From contig JAGWUY010000001.1 of assembly GCA_028868255.1 (NCBI GenBank), forward strand, positions 1 to 48,284: DNA of 48,284 bases, in the 5' to 3' direction. The notes under the pieces were generated by a model. It searched no databases and was not told where the DNA came from. It saw only the letters and a program-made list of their open reading frames with translations. Below, in pieces: positions 1-9,792 of the stretch (the first letter of the stretch is position 1; every line of letters starts with the position of its first letter). The translations under genes and the position numbers were made by a program. The DNA is from Alphaproteobacteria bacterium. GTDB taxonomy: Bacteria; Pseudomonadota; Alphaproteobacteria; Rhizobiales; Aestuariivirgaceae.

Positions 1-155
1 AAATCTTCATAATTCGCAACGGGGAAGCTTGCCGCCTCATCAATGGCGCGTGCTCGTTCTGCAAATTGCGGGCCTAACTCATTAATACGATTGAGAACGA
101 CAAGTACTTCTGGACGTATCAGCGATAGATTATAGTAGTCAGCCGGTATGCTCAT
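1..155 (-). CDS. Acyl-CoA dehydrogenase family protein, N-terminal part (runs off window)
   Basis: Manual translation MSIPADYYNLSLIRPEVLVVLNRINELGPQFAERARAIDEAASFPVANYED matches the ACAD N-terminal pattern (FAERA..ID....FP..NY). ATG overlaps the stop of the upstream gene (ATGA). Confidence 0.7.
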   Translation of the reverse strand, partial: MSIPADYYNLSLIRPEVLVVLNRINELGPQFAERARAIDEAASFPVANYED

Positions 156-1228
156 GCGGTCCTCCATTGATCGCGTGGCAGAACCAGATCGCCCTGCAAT
201 TGCCCTTCTTTCACCACCACGCGGCCATCGAGAGAAATTGTGCAGTTGCGCATCGGCAAATCGAAATGCCCCTGCGTAAATCGTCCAGCATATTGGTTGG
301 CTCCCGTGCTCCACAGGAAGTTTCCAGCAAAGGCACGAAACTCCACGGCTTGCATATCGCGCTTGTCATAAAGTGCGCCTGAAATCCAGCGTGCGCCAGG
401 GTTCATCCCCCAACCCACATGCGACAAGCCAAAGGCATTGCGGTCTTCCCAAGCATCTAGGTATTCGCGGAACTGCAAGGCATCGATCCCATCGCCCTTA
501 ATGGTCGTAATAAAATCATTCTCAACAACGACATCAATCTTGCTGGAGAGGTAAGATTTAAACGTGAGGTTCATATCTCCCACATTCATCACAATACGGC
601 CATTTACTGTTCCTGGGCCCGGAAAGCATAAACACAAGCCGCCCGGCCAATGTGAAACTGAACCCGCCCGGGTGGAAAAGCCGGCAGTGCCACCACAAGG
701 CGCACCGCGAATATCGATAACTAAATCGGTTCCAGCTCGAGAGGTGACGCGCATTTCTTTGGCTTCACGCAACATTTGAACACCAAGGGCCACTTTAGCG
801 TCTAGTGCAGGCCAAGGCTCGGTGCGCTCTAATATTTCCGGATGCTCATTGCAAACCACCAAGAGCCGCGCACCAGCTTCCTCGATCTCTGGCCATTCGG
901 GTGCATGGATCAAGCCTTCAACAGTACAATCCACAACTATCTCAACGCGCTTGAGAGCCTCAACTGAGGCACGGTTGTTTTGCAAGGCCCAACTGGTACC
1001 AGTAGACTTCACGGGCACTGGCGCCGTTTGCTTAGGCGTAGGCATTGTGATCATGCAATAGTCTGCACCAAGGTCATAGCAAGCCAAATCAGAAAGATGC
1101 ACTAAAACTGGGCGCGACTGAGTTTCAGCAAGTATTGCCACGCGAGTTTTCTTGCCGATGCCATTCAAAGCAAAAACGCGGCGGAAACTTTCAAGCCACT
1201 TTCCTTCAATGCGTTCTTGCAGCATCAT
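152..1228 (-). CDS. NicX-like 2,5-dihydroxypyridine 5,6-dioxygenase / peptidase M29-fold protein
   Basis: 358 aa; SHVGWG and HFD motifs correspond to the His/His/Asp Fe ligands of NicX; GTDL and HWPGG motifs; RBS GAGGA. Confidence 0.7.
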   Translation of the reverse strand: MMLQERIEGKWLESFRRVFALNGIGKKTRVAILAETQSRPVLVHLSDLACYDLGADYCMITMPTPKQTAPVPVKSTGTSWALQNNRASVEALKRVEIVVDCTVEGLIHAPEWPEIEEAGARLLVVCNEHPEILERTEPWPALDAKVALGVQMLREAKEMRVTSRAGTDLVIDIRGAPCGGTAGFSTRAGSVSHWPGGLCLCFPGPGTVNGRIVMNVGDMNLTFKSYLSSKIDVVVENDFITTIKGDGIDALQFREYLDAWEDRNAFGLSHVGWGMNPGARWISGALYDKRDMQAVEFRAFAGNFLWSTGANQYAGRFTQGHFDLPMRNCTISLDGRVVVKEGQLQGDLVLPRDQWRTA

Positions 1229-1346
1229 ATTCCTCTATCGCGGCTTTATTGTTCAACCTGTCAAACCCAAAGCTTAGCGTCTTTCGTGATGCAAAGACCA
1301 TTAAAATTCAAACGAGTAAATCGGTATGAATTTAGACCATTTACAA

Positions 1347-1364
1347 TACTTAACGTATGAAGTA
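1347..1364. promoter_or_regulatory. Putative MarR/HpaR-type palindromic operator TACTTAACGTATGAAGTA
   Basis: ACTTAA-N4-TGAAGT near-palindrome in a divergent AT-rich intergenic region; related sites at 5555 and 33441. Confidence 0.5.
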
Positions 1365-1449
1365 ATTTTATTGATGAACAAGTGGCCAAGCAAGAGCCAC
1401 GTTCAATAAAATATAAACAGGGGGCCTTAATTGGCCGTGGAGGAACATA

Positions 1450-2883
1450 ATGACTGACACTGCATTGCAGGCCAACCGCCTGCGAAAAAACGCGCTAGGT
1501 GCGGGCGCTATCACCTTTATGGTGGTTTCCGCAGCAGCACCGCTAACTGGTGTGGTAGGTGCTTTGCCACTTGCCTATTTACTGGGAAATGGAGCTGGCG
1601 TTCCTGCCACCTTTATTCTTTGCACGCTCCTGATGTTGATTTTCGCAGTGGGTTATGTTGCCATGTCACGCCACGTCACCAATGCTGGTGCATTCTACGC
1701 TTATTGCGCGCGCGGCCTCGGTGGTAATTTCGGCGGGGCAGTTTCTATTGTCGCCATGGTGTCTTATAACGCCATGCAGATCGGCTTGCTTGGCTTGCTC
1801 GGGGGTGCAGCGGCCGGTCAGTTTGCTTCAGTCGGCATCAATCTTCCGTGGTGGGCTTGGAGCGGCATTGCCATCGCCATTGTTGGCTTCCTTGGTTATC
1901 GGCAGGTAGAAGTATCAGCCCGCATTTTGATGGCCCTTGTGCTCCTTGAATACATTATCGTTTTCATCGTTGATTTTGCTATTCTGAGCAAAGGTGGCGC
2001 AGCAGGACTCAGCTTTAACCTCTTTGAAGGCGCAGCCTTTCAAAGCGGATCGTTGACGGCCGCTGTGTTGTTCTGCCTCGGCTGCTTCATTGGCATCGAA
2101 GCTACGACCATCTACTCGGAAGAAGCGCGCGATCCACAAAAAACAATTCCGCGGGCCACTTATCTTTCAGTTATGGTCATTGGCATGTTTTTCTTGTTCA
2201 CAGCTTGGCTCATTCTCGCTGGTGCAGGCTTTGACAAATTTGCCGCCACACTGAAAGGCATGCAGGATCCGACTGCCTTTGTTCCAACTATCGCCGGCAA
2301 CTTCGCACCTGCTTGGGTAGTGAATCTCATGGGCTGGCTGTTCATCACGTCGATTTTTGCGGCCGTCAGCGCCTTCCATAGCTATATTGCTCGCTACACA
2401 TATGTGGCTGGCCGTGAAGGCCTGTTGTCGGATTCGCTCGGCGTCACACATCCTGTATTCCAAAGCCCTTACAAGGGTTCGATTATTCAAACCATCTGCG
2501 CCATTATTGTTGTCGCAATCTTCGCACTGCTCGGCCTCGATCCAATCCTGAACTTGTTCACTTGGATCAGCCAACTGGGCACATTGGGTGTAATTGGCAT
2601 GATGGGCATGACATCGCTGGCGGTCATTGCCTATTTTCGCAAGCACAGTGGCGGCAATGCTTTTAGCACTTTTCTTGCCCCACTGGTGGCAGCTCTGGCC
2701 ATGGCAGCGTTGTTTGTTTACATTTTCCTCAACTTCGGGGATTTGACAGGCACAGCAGGTGGTGTTTTGGCTTGGGTGTTGCCGGCGCTAATTCCAGTGG
2801 CGTTCATCGTGGGCATGATCTTGGCCAACAATCTGAAATCGCGTGATGCAAAGCGTTTTGCCGCTCTTGGCACCAACCTCTAG
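1450..2883 (+). CDS. APC family amino acid/amine permease
   Basis: About 12 hydrophobic segments, AAAPL, GAFYAY and FIGIEATTIYSEE motifs; RBS GGAGG. Confidence 0.9.
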   Translation: MTDTALQANRLRKNALGAGAITFMVVSAAAPLTGVVGALPLAYLLGNGAGVPATFILCTLLMLIFAVGYVAMSRHVTNAGAFYAYCARGLGGNFGGAVSIVAMVSYNAMQIGLLGLLGGAAAGQFASVGINLPWWAWSGIAIAIVGFLGYRQVEVSARILMALVLLEYIIVFIVDFAILSKGGAAGLSFNLFEGAAFQSGSLTAAVLFCLGCFIGIEATTIYSEEARDPQKTIPRATYLSVMVIGMFFLFTAWLILAGAGFDKFAATLKGMQDPTAFVPTIAGNFAPAWVVNLMGWLFITSIFAAVSAFHSYIARYTYVAGREGLLSDSLGVTHPVFQSPYKGSIIQTICAIIVVAIFALLGLDPILNLFTWISQLGTLGVIGMMGMTSLAVIAYFRKHSGGNAFSTFLAPLVAALAMAALFVYIFLNFGDLTGTAGGVLAWVLPALIPVAFIVGMILANNLKSRDAKRFAALGTNL

Positions 2884-2896
2884 TTATTACCAAGTG

Positions 2897-2936
2897 AAAG
2901 AAGAGCGGCCCGCAAAGCGCGGGCCGCTTTTTTGTT
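2897..2936 (+). terminator. Intrinsic terminator, possibly bidirectional
   Basis: Stem AGCGGCCCGC-AAAGC-GCGGGCCGCT followed by a T-run, between convergent genes. Confidence 0.85.
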
Positions 2937-2942
2937 CTGCAA

Positions 2943-4250
2943 TCAGATGTAATACATATACCAGTCGCGCAGGGTTTCGCCCTCAAGTTTTGATGTTTTC
3001 TCGACTTCGGCACGCTTCATGAAAATTTGGTTGTCACAAAGAACTTGGCCGACTGCTGTGCAAAGTGCGGTATCTTTCTCTAGCTCATCCATTGCTTCGG
3101 CAAGATTGTCAGGCGCAGCAGACGTTGCGGAACTGTGCTCAAAGCAATCGCCAGTTTCCATGGGCGCAAGCGCATAATCATTCTCAAATCCCAGCCGCGC
3201 CGCCTGCAAGACGGTGGCTACAAGCACGTACGGATTGGCTGCACCGTCGCCCATGCGATGCTCGAGCCTCGCACGGGGGCCAGTTTCGTTTGAAACACGA
3301 GTTGTGACACCGCGGTGATCTCCACCCCAATTGCACCAATAGCCTGACATTGAGGCTGGCTTTAAGCGTTCATATGAATTCACAATCGGCGCGATGAGGC
3401 CAGACATCCCGCGGTGATGGCGCATTAACCCCGCAACGCAGCCCCGTGCCAGCTTGCTCATTTTATCTGGCGCGCCTGAAACGCCCAACACATTCTTGCC
3501 CTGCTTGTTGTTAAATGAGAAGTTCACATGAGTGCCGCTGCCCCCCTTGCCAACGATGGGCTTAGGCATGCAAGTGAGGATGATGCCGTGTTCTAAGGCA
3601 ATCTCGCGTGCCATCAGTCGAAACAGAAAATGCTCGTCCACTGCTTGCACGGCATCGTCGAATTTCAAGGTAAATTCAAACTGCGGTGAATCATATTCTG
3701 TGGTGAAGCTCTCAAGCTTGAAACCCGCCTTGTTGGAAGCATTCCAAATTGCTTCGGTGAAACCACGCGGATCGGAAAATGGTCCCGGCGAATAAACATA
3801 TGCGTGGGGAGTGTCATAAGGTTTGAACGCGCCGTCTTCTCCACGCGTAAAGGCATAGGCTTCAATTTCTAACCCCACTTTGGGTGTGAAACCATGTTTC
3901 TGCCAATCCTTTACCGCTTTTTTGAGCGCAGTGCGGCCACACATAGGCACAGGCGTACCATCGGCTTGTTGCAAGTCAGCAACTACGACCTTGGTGCTTT
4001 CTTGCCACCCTGCCCTAATTTCGGATTTTTTGTACACCGCCACCATATCCGGGGCACCTTCAAGCATGCGGCTGCCAGGGGATGGCAACAAATCTTTGTC
4101 GAAGTGAACACCGAAAAGGGCCTGTGCAAAGCGCGAGCTGCCATTAGATTTCATCTTTTCGCCCGGCAAATACTTGCCGCGGGCAAGATTGAGATGATCA
4201 CAAAAAAGAAGTCGAAGACGATCATTGTTCATATTGATTGATCCATTCAT
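2943..4250 (-). CDS. Glutamine synthetase-like gamma-glutamyl-amine ligase (PuuA/IpuC-like)
   Basis: GLEIE, EYDSPQFEF, GSGTHVNFS and RLEHR motifs of the GS fold; divergent from GlnA; start coupled to the P450 stop (ATGA). Confidence 0.85.
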   Translation of the reverse strand: MNGSINMNNDRLRLLFCDHLNLARGKYLPGEKMKSNGSSRFAQALFGVHFDKDLLPSPGSRMLEGAPDMVAVYKKSEIRAGWQESTKVVVADLQQADGTPVPMCGRTALKKAVKDWQKHGFTPKVGLEIEAYAFTRGEDGAFKPYDTPHAYVYSPGPFSDPRGFTEAIWNASNKAGFKLESFTTEYDSPQFEFTLKFDDAVQAVDEHFLFRLMAREIALEHGIILTCMPKPIVGKGGSGTHVNFSFNNKQGKNVLGVSGAPDKMSKLARGCVAGLMRHHRGMSGLIAPIVNSYERLKPASMSGYWCNWGGDHRGVTTRVSNETGPRARLEHRMGDGAANPYVLVATVLQAARLGFENDYALAPMETGDCFEHSSATSAAPDNLAEAMDELEKDTALCTAVGQVLCDNQIFMKRAEVEKTSKLEGETLRDWYMYYI

Positions 4251-5509
4251 TGCAGCGTGAGGCGCACCGGAAGACGCTTGATACCACCAACAAAATTCGA
4301 GCGCACAAAGGCGATTTTGTCAGTGAGTTCAATGGTCTTCACACGCTTTACCAGTTCTTGCATAAGAACACGGATCTCCAGTCGCGCCAACCACATGCCA
4401 AGGCAGACATGCGGGCCGCCTTGGCCAAAGCCGAGATGACGATTTGGTGAGCGAAAGACATTGACACGGTAAGGATCAGCAAAGGCCTCTTCATCGCGAT
4501 TGCCAGAGACAAACCAATAAAGCACTTTATCACCTTGCTTTATTGTCTTGCCATGCAAATCAAAGTCACGTGTTGCCGTGCGGCGGAAATAAGTTGCGGG
4601 CGAGGCCCAGCGTACAAATTCGTCAGAAGCAGTGTCCCACACATTCCCTTTGCCTGATTGCAATTGTGCAAGTATTTCCGGCTGCTGTGTGAGCGCATGA
4701 ATGGCCGCAGCAATGGAATAACGCGTCGTGTCATTTCCCGCAGCGACAGCAAGACAAAAGAAATTCTGAAACTCACGGGTTGACATGATGTTGCCTTGTT
4801 CGTCCGGCTGCATAAGCAATCCCAGAACACCAAGATTTTCACCACTTCTTGCACGGCTTGTCATTAGCTGTTCCGCATAGTCATATAGCTCCAAACCAGC
4901 AGGTGAGCGGAAGGGCATAAGACGGTAAGCATCAGTATCTACTTTGTCGACAACATGCACTGTAAAATCAGGGTCACTATTGGCCATCAACTGGTCACCA
5001 CGCTGCACCAGCCAATCCAAATCTTTTTCCGGGAGGCCGAGTATCTGCCCAAGCATGCGCATGGGCAACTCGCGTGCAATATCTGAAACTGCATCGAACT
5101 CGCGCGACGCCAAGGCGCGGTTCAAAATCATGCCACACAAATCCCGAATTTGCTTGTCGAACTGCTGAACAACGGGGCCAGAAAAAGCCTTGGAGAGAAG
5201 ACGGCGCACACGTGTATGGTCTGGTGGATCAGTTTCCTGAAAAGTACGGCGAGCAAGATACTCCTCGTATGTCTGATCTTCAATACGGATACCCTGCGCG
5301 CTGCTCATAAGCTCAGTGTCACGGTTCAGCGCCATGATATCTGCTTGCCGCGTGATTGACCAGAACCCCCTACCCGCTGCATAGTCACACCATGCCACGG
5401 GCTCGTCGCGGCGAAGTCGCGCAAACGTATTGTAAGGTGCGCCATTTACGAAACTGTCATGATCCGACAAGTCAGCATGGCCATCATCCTGCGGCTGCCA
5501 AACGGTCAT
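4247..5509 (-). CDS. Cytochrome P450
   Basis: I-helix AAGNDTTR, ExxR (EFVR), heme motif FGQGGPHVCLG; RBS GGAGGA. Confidence 0.95.
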   Translation of the reverse strand: MTVWQPQDDGHADLSDHDSFVNGAPYNTFARLRRDEPVAWCDYAAGRGFWSITRQADIMALNRDTELMSSAQGIRIEDQTYEEYLARRTFQETDPPDHTRVRRLLSKAFSGPVVQQFDKQIRDLCGMILNRALASREFDAVSDIARELPMRMLGQILGLPEKDLDWLVQRGDQLMANSDPDFTVHVVDKVDTDAYRLMPFRSPAGLELYDYAEQLMTSRARSGENLGVLGLLMQPDEQGNIMSTREFQNFFCLAVAAGNDTTRYSIAAAIHALTQQPEILAQLQSGKGNVWDTASDEFVRWASPATYFRRTATRDFDLHGKTIKQGDKVLYWFVSGNRDEEAFADPYRVNVFRSPNRHLGFGQGGPHVCLGMWLARLEIRVLMQELVKRVKTIELTDKIAFVRSNFVGGIKRLPVRLTLQ

Positions 5510-5553
5510 CAATGTCCTCCCGCGCCGGCCTAGCTCTTACGATTGCACATAGC

Positions 5554-5571
5554 TATTACACATGTTAAGTA
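5554..5571. promoter_or_regulatory. Putative operator TATTACACATGTTAAGTA in the P450/GATase divergent region
   Basis: Perfect TTAAGT right half with a CATG core; resembles the site at 1347. Confidence 0.45.
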
Positions 5572-5600
5572 ATACAGCAACAGATAATCGGAACTGATCG

Positions 5601-6317
5601 ATGAAAATTGGCATACTCGTTACCAATACGGACACATCGACTTTTGCCCAAAATCATCCGCGCGACGGTGAAAAATTCACAGCACTGGTACACGGTATTC
5701 GTCCGCAATGGCAATGTGCAGTCTACAATTGTGTTGAAGGGCGATTCCCGGAGCATCTTGCTGAGTGTGATGGATACATTATTGGTGGAAGCCCTGCTTC
5801 AGTGAATGATGCCGATCCTTGGATCGCGACCTTGTTGAGCCTCATTAAGAAACTCGATGAAACGCATACGCCTGTTGTCGGGTGTTGTTTCGGACATCAA
5901 GCCATCGCGAAGGCACTGGGTGGGAAAGTAGAAAAGAACCCCGGTGGTTGGGGCTTTGGCGTGGCGCAGACCAAAGTTATCGCTCCCAAAAGCTGGATGT
6001 CTCCGCAAATAGCACATATTTCGCTCTATGCTGCTCATACAGAGCAGGTCACTACAATGCCGCCGCAGGCCGAAATATGGGGCGGCAGTGACTTCTGCCC
6101 CGTGGGCGGATTTGTCATTGGTCATCATGTGATGACAACCGAATATCACCCTGAGATGACCAAAGACTTTTTTGTGGGCCTCATTCACGCCTTTGAAAAA
6201 TACGTCGGGCGTAATATGGCTCAAGAGGCGCTGCGCCAATCAATTACAGCAGCGCAGGGTCCGCTATTCGCTGAATGGATGGCAAATTTTTTTGAACAAA
6301 GTTGTGTCCACCGCTGA
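5601..6317 (+). CDS. Type 1 glutamine amidotransferase (putative gamma-glutamyl hydrolase, IpuF-like)
   Basis: GGSPAS, nucleophile elbow GCCFGHQ, HPE triad. Confidence 0.88.
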   Translation: MKIGILVTNTDTSTFAQNHPRDGEKFTALVHGIRPQWQCAVYNCVEGRFPEHLAECDGYIIGGSPASVNDADPWIATLLSLIKKLDETHTPVVGCCFGHQAIAKALGGKVEKNPGGWGFGVAQTKVIAPKSWMSPQIAHISLYAAHTEQVTTMPPQAEIWGGSDFCPVGGFVIGHHVMTTEYHPEMTKDFFVGLIHAFEKYVGRNMAQEALRQSITAAQGPLFAEWMANFFEQSCVHR

Positions 6318-6333
6318 ACACTCCATTGCCCAC

Positions 6334-6364
6334 AAAAAACGGGGGCGAAAAATGCCACCCCCGT
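6334..6364 (-). terminator. Intrinsic terminator for the minus-strand permease
   Basis: Minus strand ACGGGGG..CCCCCGT followed by TTTTT. Confidence 0.7.
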
Positions 6365-6394
6365 GTCCACCGAAGCGCAACTCTTCTTAAACGC

Positions 6395-7795
6395 TTAGGC
6401 GATTTCGTCTGGCCCGTGCAAAGTCCAATCTTTTCTGCGCATAAGGAACACAGCATAATAAACTGCCGCTGCCGCCAGAATGCCAAATGTGATCATTAAG
6501 CTAGGCCGCCCGAAAGCCACATCCGACCAATTTTGATAGACGATGTAGATCAATGCCAAAAAGCCAAGGATAGCAGGCACTGGAAAGCCGGGCATTCGGT
6601 AATGGCCAGAGGCGGTGCTGCCATTGCGGCGGCCCATAATTACCGCAACACAAAGCAAGGCATAAACCACGATGAGCGAAGTTCCACTCACCAGAAGCAA
6701 CATGTTAAAGTCAAGGAAGCAACTCGCAGCCGCCAAAACGGCAATCACAATTGTGGCATTGACGGGCGAGGCGTGGGCTGTGCTCAATCTGGCCACCCAG
6801 CTGTTTACGGGTTCAAAAAAAGTTTTGTCTCGGCCCGCACTGAACAGAAGACGTGCCCCTTGCAGAATGATGGCAATAACGGCGTTGAAGATTGCAAGGG
6901 CAATAGCAAGACTGATCATTACAGTCAGTCCATGGCCACCGCGCGCTTCTAAGAAATATTCAATTTTTTGTGGTGCTTTGAGTAATCCAGCGAGATCAGG
7001 TGATCCCAAAAGCACGGCTGTAAGCGGTATAATTTCTGCCGCGACGGTGATTATAAGCGCCCACAGAACGACGCGGCCAATGTTGCGCTTAGCATCATGG
7101 GTCTCTTCGCCAAAATAAGCTGCTGCTCCATAGCCATTATAGGCAAAAAGCGCCACAGCCGTTGCTGCCATGATCAGACCCAATGAGGCAGGGGCCAAAG
7201 CATTGCTGGTGGCATCAAAAATCTCTGGAGCAGATATCAGGCTGCCGATGGGCCTGCTGACATTGGCAAAACCCAACACAGTGAGAACTAGCAGTGCCAA
7301 CATCTCAATGCCTAGAAATATACCTGTCACCAAGGCATTTGTTTTAATTTTAAGGGCAGCAATAATTGCGGCAAGAGCGATACCAATAACGCCCATCCAT
7401 TGGCCGTTCAAGTTGGGGAACAATACACCGAGATAGGTGCCAATGCCCAACGCAATCACAGCAATGATAATGGCTAAGGAAACAAAAATAAGCACCAAAG
7501 TAAGGAAGCCCCAGAAGGGCCCAATCGTGCGGCCAATCATCGTATATTCACCACCGGCCATGGGGTAAGCGGAGGATAATTCCGCGTAGACAAAGGCCAT
7601 GAAGAGGCCAATGATGGCCGCAAAAACAAAGCTCAAGAACGAGCCACTGCCTGCCATCGCAATAACGCCCGGCACGATGATGAAAACAGATGATGCAGGT
7701 GTGACGGCCGATAACACGATCAGCAAAGCGCCAAGCGCACTAAGCCCTCGCTTTAGCGCGGGCTTACTCGGCTTTCCAAAAACTTCAGATTCCAC
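6395..7795 (-). CDS. APC family permease
   Basis: Multi-TM; TPASSVF, YAELSSAYP.AGGEY and AYNGYG..AYFGEE motifs. GTG start at 7795 after GGAGG (alternative ATG at 7807). Confidence 0.88.
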   Translation of the reverse strand: MESEVFGKPSKPALKRGLSALGALLIVLSAVTPASSVFIIVPGVIAMAGSGSFLSFVFAAIIGLFMAFVYAELSSAYPMAGGEYTMIGRTIGPFWGFLTLVLIFVSLAIIIAVIALGIGTYLGVLFPNLNGQWMGVIGIALAAIIAALKIKTNALVTGIFLGIEMLALLVLTVLGFANVSRPIGSLISAPEIFDATSNALAPASLGLIMAATAVALFAYNGYGAAAYFGEETHDAKRNIGRVVLWALIITVAAEIIPLTAVLLGSPDLAGLLKAPQKIEYFLEARGGHGLTVMISLAIALAIFNAVIAIILQGARLLFSAGRDKTFFEPVNSWVARLSTAHASPVNATIVIAVLAAASCFLDFNMLLLVSGTSLIVVYALLCVAVIMGRRNGSTASGHYRMPGFPVPAILGFLALIYIVYQNWSDVAFGRPSLMITFGILAAAAVYYAVFLMRRKDWTLHGPDEIA

Positions 7796-7936
7796 GATTC
7801 CCTCCATGATTTTTATATTATTAAAATTATTTTTAGTGAAGGCTATTCCAAATTGCGCAAAAATCAATAGTATTTCTGAGCAATATGAAGCAAAATTTTA
7901 TTGGACACTGAATTATTTGAACGAGAACAAAAGAAT

Positions 7937-8563
7937 ATGGCGCGACTGAAAGATCAGACTGAACGGCGTTTGACTTTGGTTGCCGCAGCTGAAACACTGG
8001 TCGCGCGTAGTGGTTTGCTGTCTCTAACCTTACGAAGCGTCGCCGCCGAGGCATGCATGAGCTCAAGCGCAGCACTATATTATTATCCGAGCCTCAAAGA
8101 CTTGTTGGATGATGTGCAGAGCCAAGCAGTTGAACGTTTCTGCACAGCCCGTGCTACAGCTGTCAAAAACATGACTGAACCGAAAGAGAGATTGACCGCA
8201 ATGATAGCCGCAGGCCTACCGACGGGGCCCGACGACAAGCTTTGCCGCCTGCTCTACGAACTTGCTGCTTACGCCCGCACAGATGCCAGCTATGCCGCAA
8301 GACACATCATATTGTTTGAACGCCAAGTGGCGCTATATCAATCAATTCTGGAGGCAGGCCGTGCCATTGGCCAATTCAAACTGTCGGTGTCAAGTGAAAT
8401 GGTGGCAAGGGCATTAGTGATTTTGGAAGACGGGCTGGGGCTGCACATTCTTAATGTTGTTGCTGCGGTGGATCGCAAGTCCGCTATTTCTATTTTAACA
8501 TCTTATGCGGAACAATCCACCAGCTGCAGATTGGTAGTAAACGCGAAAGGTTTTGCAAATTGA
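7937..8563 (+). CDS. TetR family regulator (BetI-type C-terminus)
   Basis: N-terminal HTH LTLRSVAAEACMSSSAALYYYPS. Confidence 0.88.
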   Translation: MARLKDQTERRLTLVAAAETLVARSGLLSLTLRSVAAEACMSSSAALYYYPSLKDLLDDVQSQAVERFCTARATAVKNMTEPKERLTAMIAAGLPTGPDDKLCRLLYELAAYARTDASYAARHIILFERQVALYQSILEAGRAIGQFKLSVSSEMVARALVILEDGLGLHILNVVAAVDRKSAISILTSYAEQSTSCRLVVNAKGFAN

Positions 8564-9708
8564 AGCACACACCCAGCGGCAAATTGCGCGCCCGCGCGCT
8601 AGACATTCCTTTTGATGGCAAGCCCGGTCTCCTCAATGCAATCACTGATGTGCCAGGCGTTATGGTGGGTTACACCACTTTGATCTTTGGCGATGGTCCA
8701 ATGACAATCGGCAATGGCCCTGTGCGCACAGGTGTAACTGCCATTCTGCCTCGCGGGCACGATGGCATAGGCACATCTTGTGCCGCAGGCCTTCATTCAT
8801 TTAACGGCAATGGCGAAATGACCGGCCATGCTTGGATTGATGAATCGGGCGGCACCAGTATGCCCATCACCATCAGCAACACCCATGCCATTGGCCCCTG
8901 CCACCGCGGCGTCATTGATTGGGTTGCCAAACACAAGCCAGAAACCGCTGCACAGTGGTTGTTGCCGGTAGCAGCTGAAACTTGGGATGGCTATTTGAAC
9001 GACATCAACGGCTCACACATAACTGCCGCGCATGCTGTTGCAGCTATCGAAACCGCAACTGGCGGCGCCATCGAGGAGGGGTCTGTTGGCGGCGGCACAG
9101 GCATGAATTGTTATGCCTTTAAAGGCGGTTCCGGCACAGCATCTCGCCTTGTAGATTATGGGCACTGCAACTATACGATCGGAGTTTTTCTACAGGCGAA
9201 TTTCGGCTCGCGCCACGAATTAACCATTGCGGGCATTCCTCTAGGCCAACAATTGCAGGCCGACAACCCCATGCTGGAGTATTTCTTGGGTAAGGCAGCG
9301 GGTGCTGGCTCATGCATTGGCGTTGTCATCACTGATGCTCCTCTACTGCCTAATCAATGCAAAGCGCTGGCGCGGCGCGTAGCACTCGGGCTTGGGCGCA
9401 CTGGCACCACGGGATCGCATTTTTCAGGTGACATTTTCTTGGCATTGTCCACAGCAAATGCAGGTGCGCTTGATGGTACATTTCCCGACGGGCCACCCTC
9501 AGCCCAGAGTTACGCGCAATTGGATTTTATTCCTTGGGGGCGGATGGACGACTTATATGCAGCAGTCGTACACGCAACCGAAGAAGCCGTATTGAATGCT
9601 CTGATTGCAAACAGCGAAATGATTGGCCGAGATGGTAACAGAAGCCCCGCTCTGCCCCATGATGCGGTACGCGAGGCAATGATAAAGCGTAAAAAAGTTA
9701 TGGATTGA
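8560..9708 (+). CDS. dmpA: DmpA/P1 (S58) L-aminopeptidase/D-amidase
   Basis: NAITDVPGV.VG, RTGVTAILP, FNGNGEMTG, EGSVGGGTGM; Gly-Ser autocleavage site AGSCI. Confidence 0.88.
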   Translation: MKHTPSGKLRARALDIPFDGKPGLLNAITDVPGVMVGYTTLIFGDGPMTIGNGPVRTGVTAILPRGHDGIGTSCAAGLHSFNGNGEMTGHAWIDESGGTSMPITISNTHAIGPCHRGVIDWVAKHKPETAAQWLLPVAAETWDGYLNDINGSHITAAHAVAAIETATGGAIEEGSVGGGTGMNCYAFKGGSGTASRLVDYGHCNYTIGVFLQANFGSRHELTIAGIPLGQQLQADNPMLEYFLGKAAGAGSCIGVVITDAPLLPNQCKALARRVALGLGRTGTTGSHFSGDIFLALSTANAGALDGTFPDGPPSAQSYAQLDFIPWGRMDDLYAAVVHATEEAVLNALIANSEMIGRDGNRSPALPHDAVREAMIKRKKVMD

Positions 9709-9792
9709 ATTGTCGTAAGCGAGACGAGAGACTACCAAAACCCGCCCCCAAAAAGAACCTGATAACTCAATACAAACCTTGGAACTTTGTCC

